A stretch of 63,857 nt of DNA, counting the filler, from an uncultured Gemmatimonadota bacterium (lineage in GTDB: Bacteria; GCA-2686955), in the NCBI GenBank assembly GCA_964490075.1. It is 6 parts of 6 records of this genome, joined end to end, with 100 filler letters (N's around TTAATTAATTAA, not from the genome) between each part and the next. Parts side by side here need not be neighbours in the genome. Positions count along the whole stretch, not along the records: positions 56,515 to 63,857 come from CAZBBK010000111.1; 5 more parts are not named here. One strand, given 5' to 3'. The notes under the pieces were generated by a model that saw nothing but the letters and a program-made list of their open reading frames with translations, searched no databases and was not told the DNA's origin. The stretch's first letter is position 1; every line of letters starts with the position of its first letter. Positions 63,748 through 63,857 of this stretch are shown here, one piece after another. The translations under genes were made by a program, and so were the position numbers.

Positions 63748-63795
63748 AACCGCGGCTTGTCATGGAGATAAGGCCCCGGCTCGAATCCCGCCGGC

Positions 63796-63857
63796 TCAAG
63801 GCTCCTTCTTCGCGACCCCCAATCCATCGCGCAGCTTGCGGATGTCGAGCGCGACCT
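63796..63857 (-). CDS. C-terminal end of a convergent gene (5' truncated)
   Basis: VALDIRKLRDGLGVAKKEP* with typical codon usage. Confidence 0.45.
   Translation of the reverse strand, partial: VALDIRKLRDGLGVAKKEP

Overview
High-GC bacterial sequence made of six unrelated contigs joined by N-padded TTAATTAATTAA linkers (1-12747, 12848-24917, 25018-35599, 35700-46237, 46338-56414, 56515-63857). It is probably a metagenome-assembled genome. A PorU-like C25 protease and many secreted beta-helix proteins suggest an FCB-related candidate lineage (inference only). Contig 1 carries a beta-helix protein, a BlaI/M56 regulator pair with two matching operators, tolC with a deletion-ruined czcBA, a secreted pair that includes a catalytically altered metzincin, and an AAA_14 ATPase. 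Contig 2 carries a complete ~5.7 kb phage-satellite-like element integrated in tRNA-Lys(TTT) (int, alpA, primase-helicase with internal iterons, TerS-like HTH), then purA, two lipoproteins, a MITE, IS remnants and an AAA/nuclease protein. Contig 3 carries a TPR-AAA/TPR pair, a HAD hydrolase, psd-pssA, OmpA, GH31 and the C25 protease. Contig 4 carries a secreted gene apparently switched off by a 7-bp tandem repeat, ssb, an EF-G paralog and yebC-ruvCAB-queA-tgt. Contig 5 is the end of tuf plus the S10-spc operon to secY. Contig 6 carries a 51-bp repeat array related to one in contig 1, a long hairpin, a beta-helix pseudogene, a C39-like peptidase, ceo and an octaheme cytochrome c. The most interesting signals are the minimal satellite, the heptamer frame switch and the dispersed 51-bp CTGA-N6-TCAG repeat family. 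All family assignments are from motif recognition; no database searches were run.
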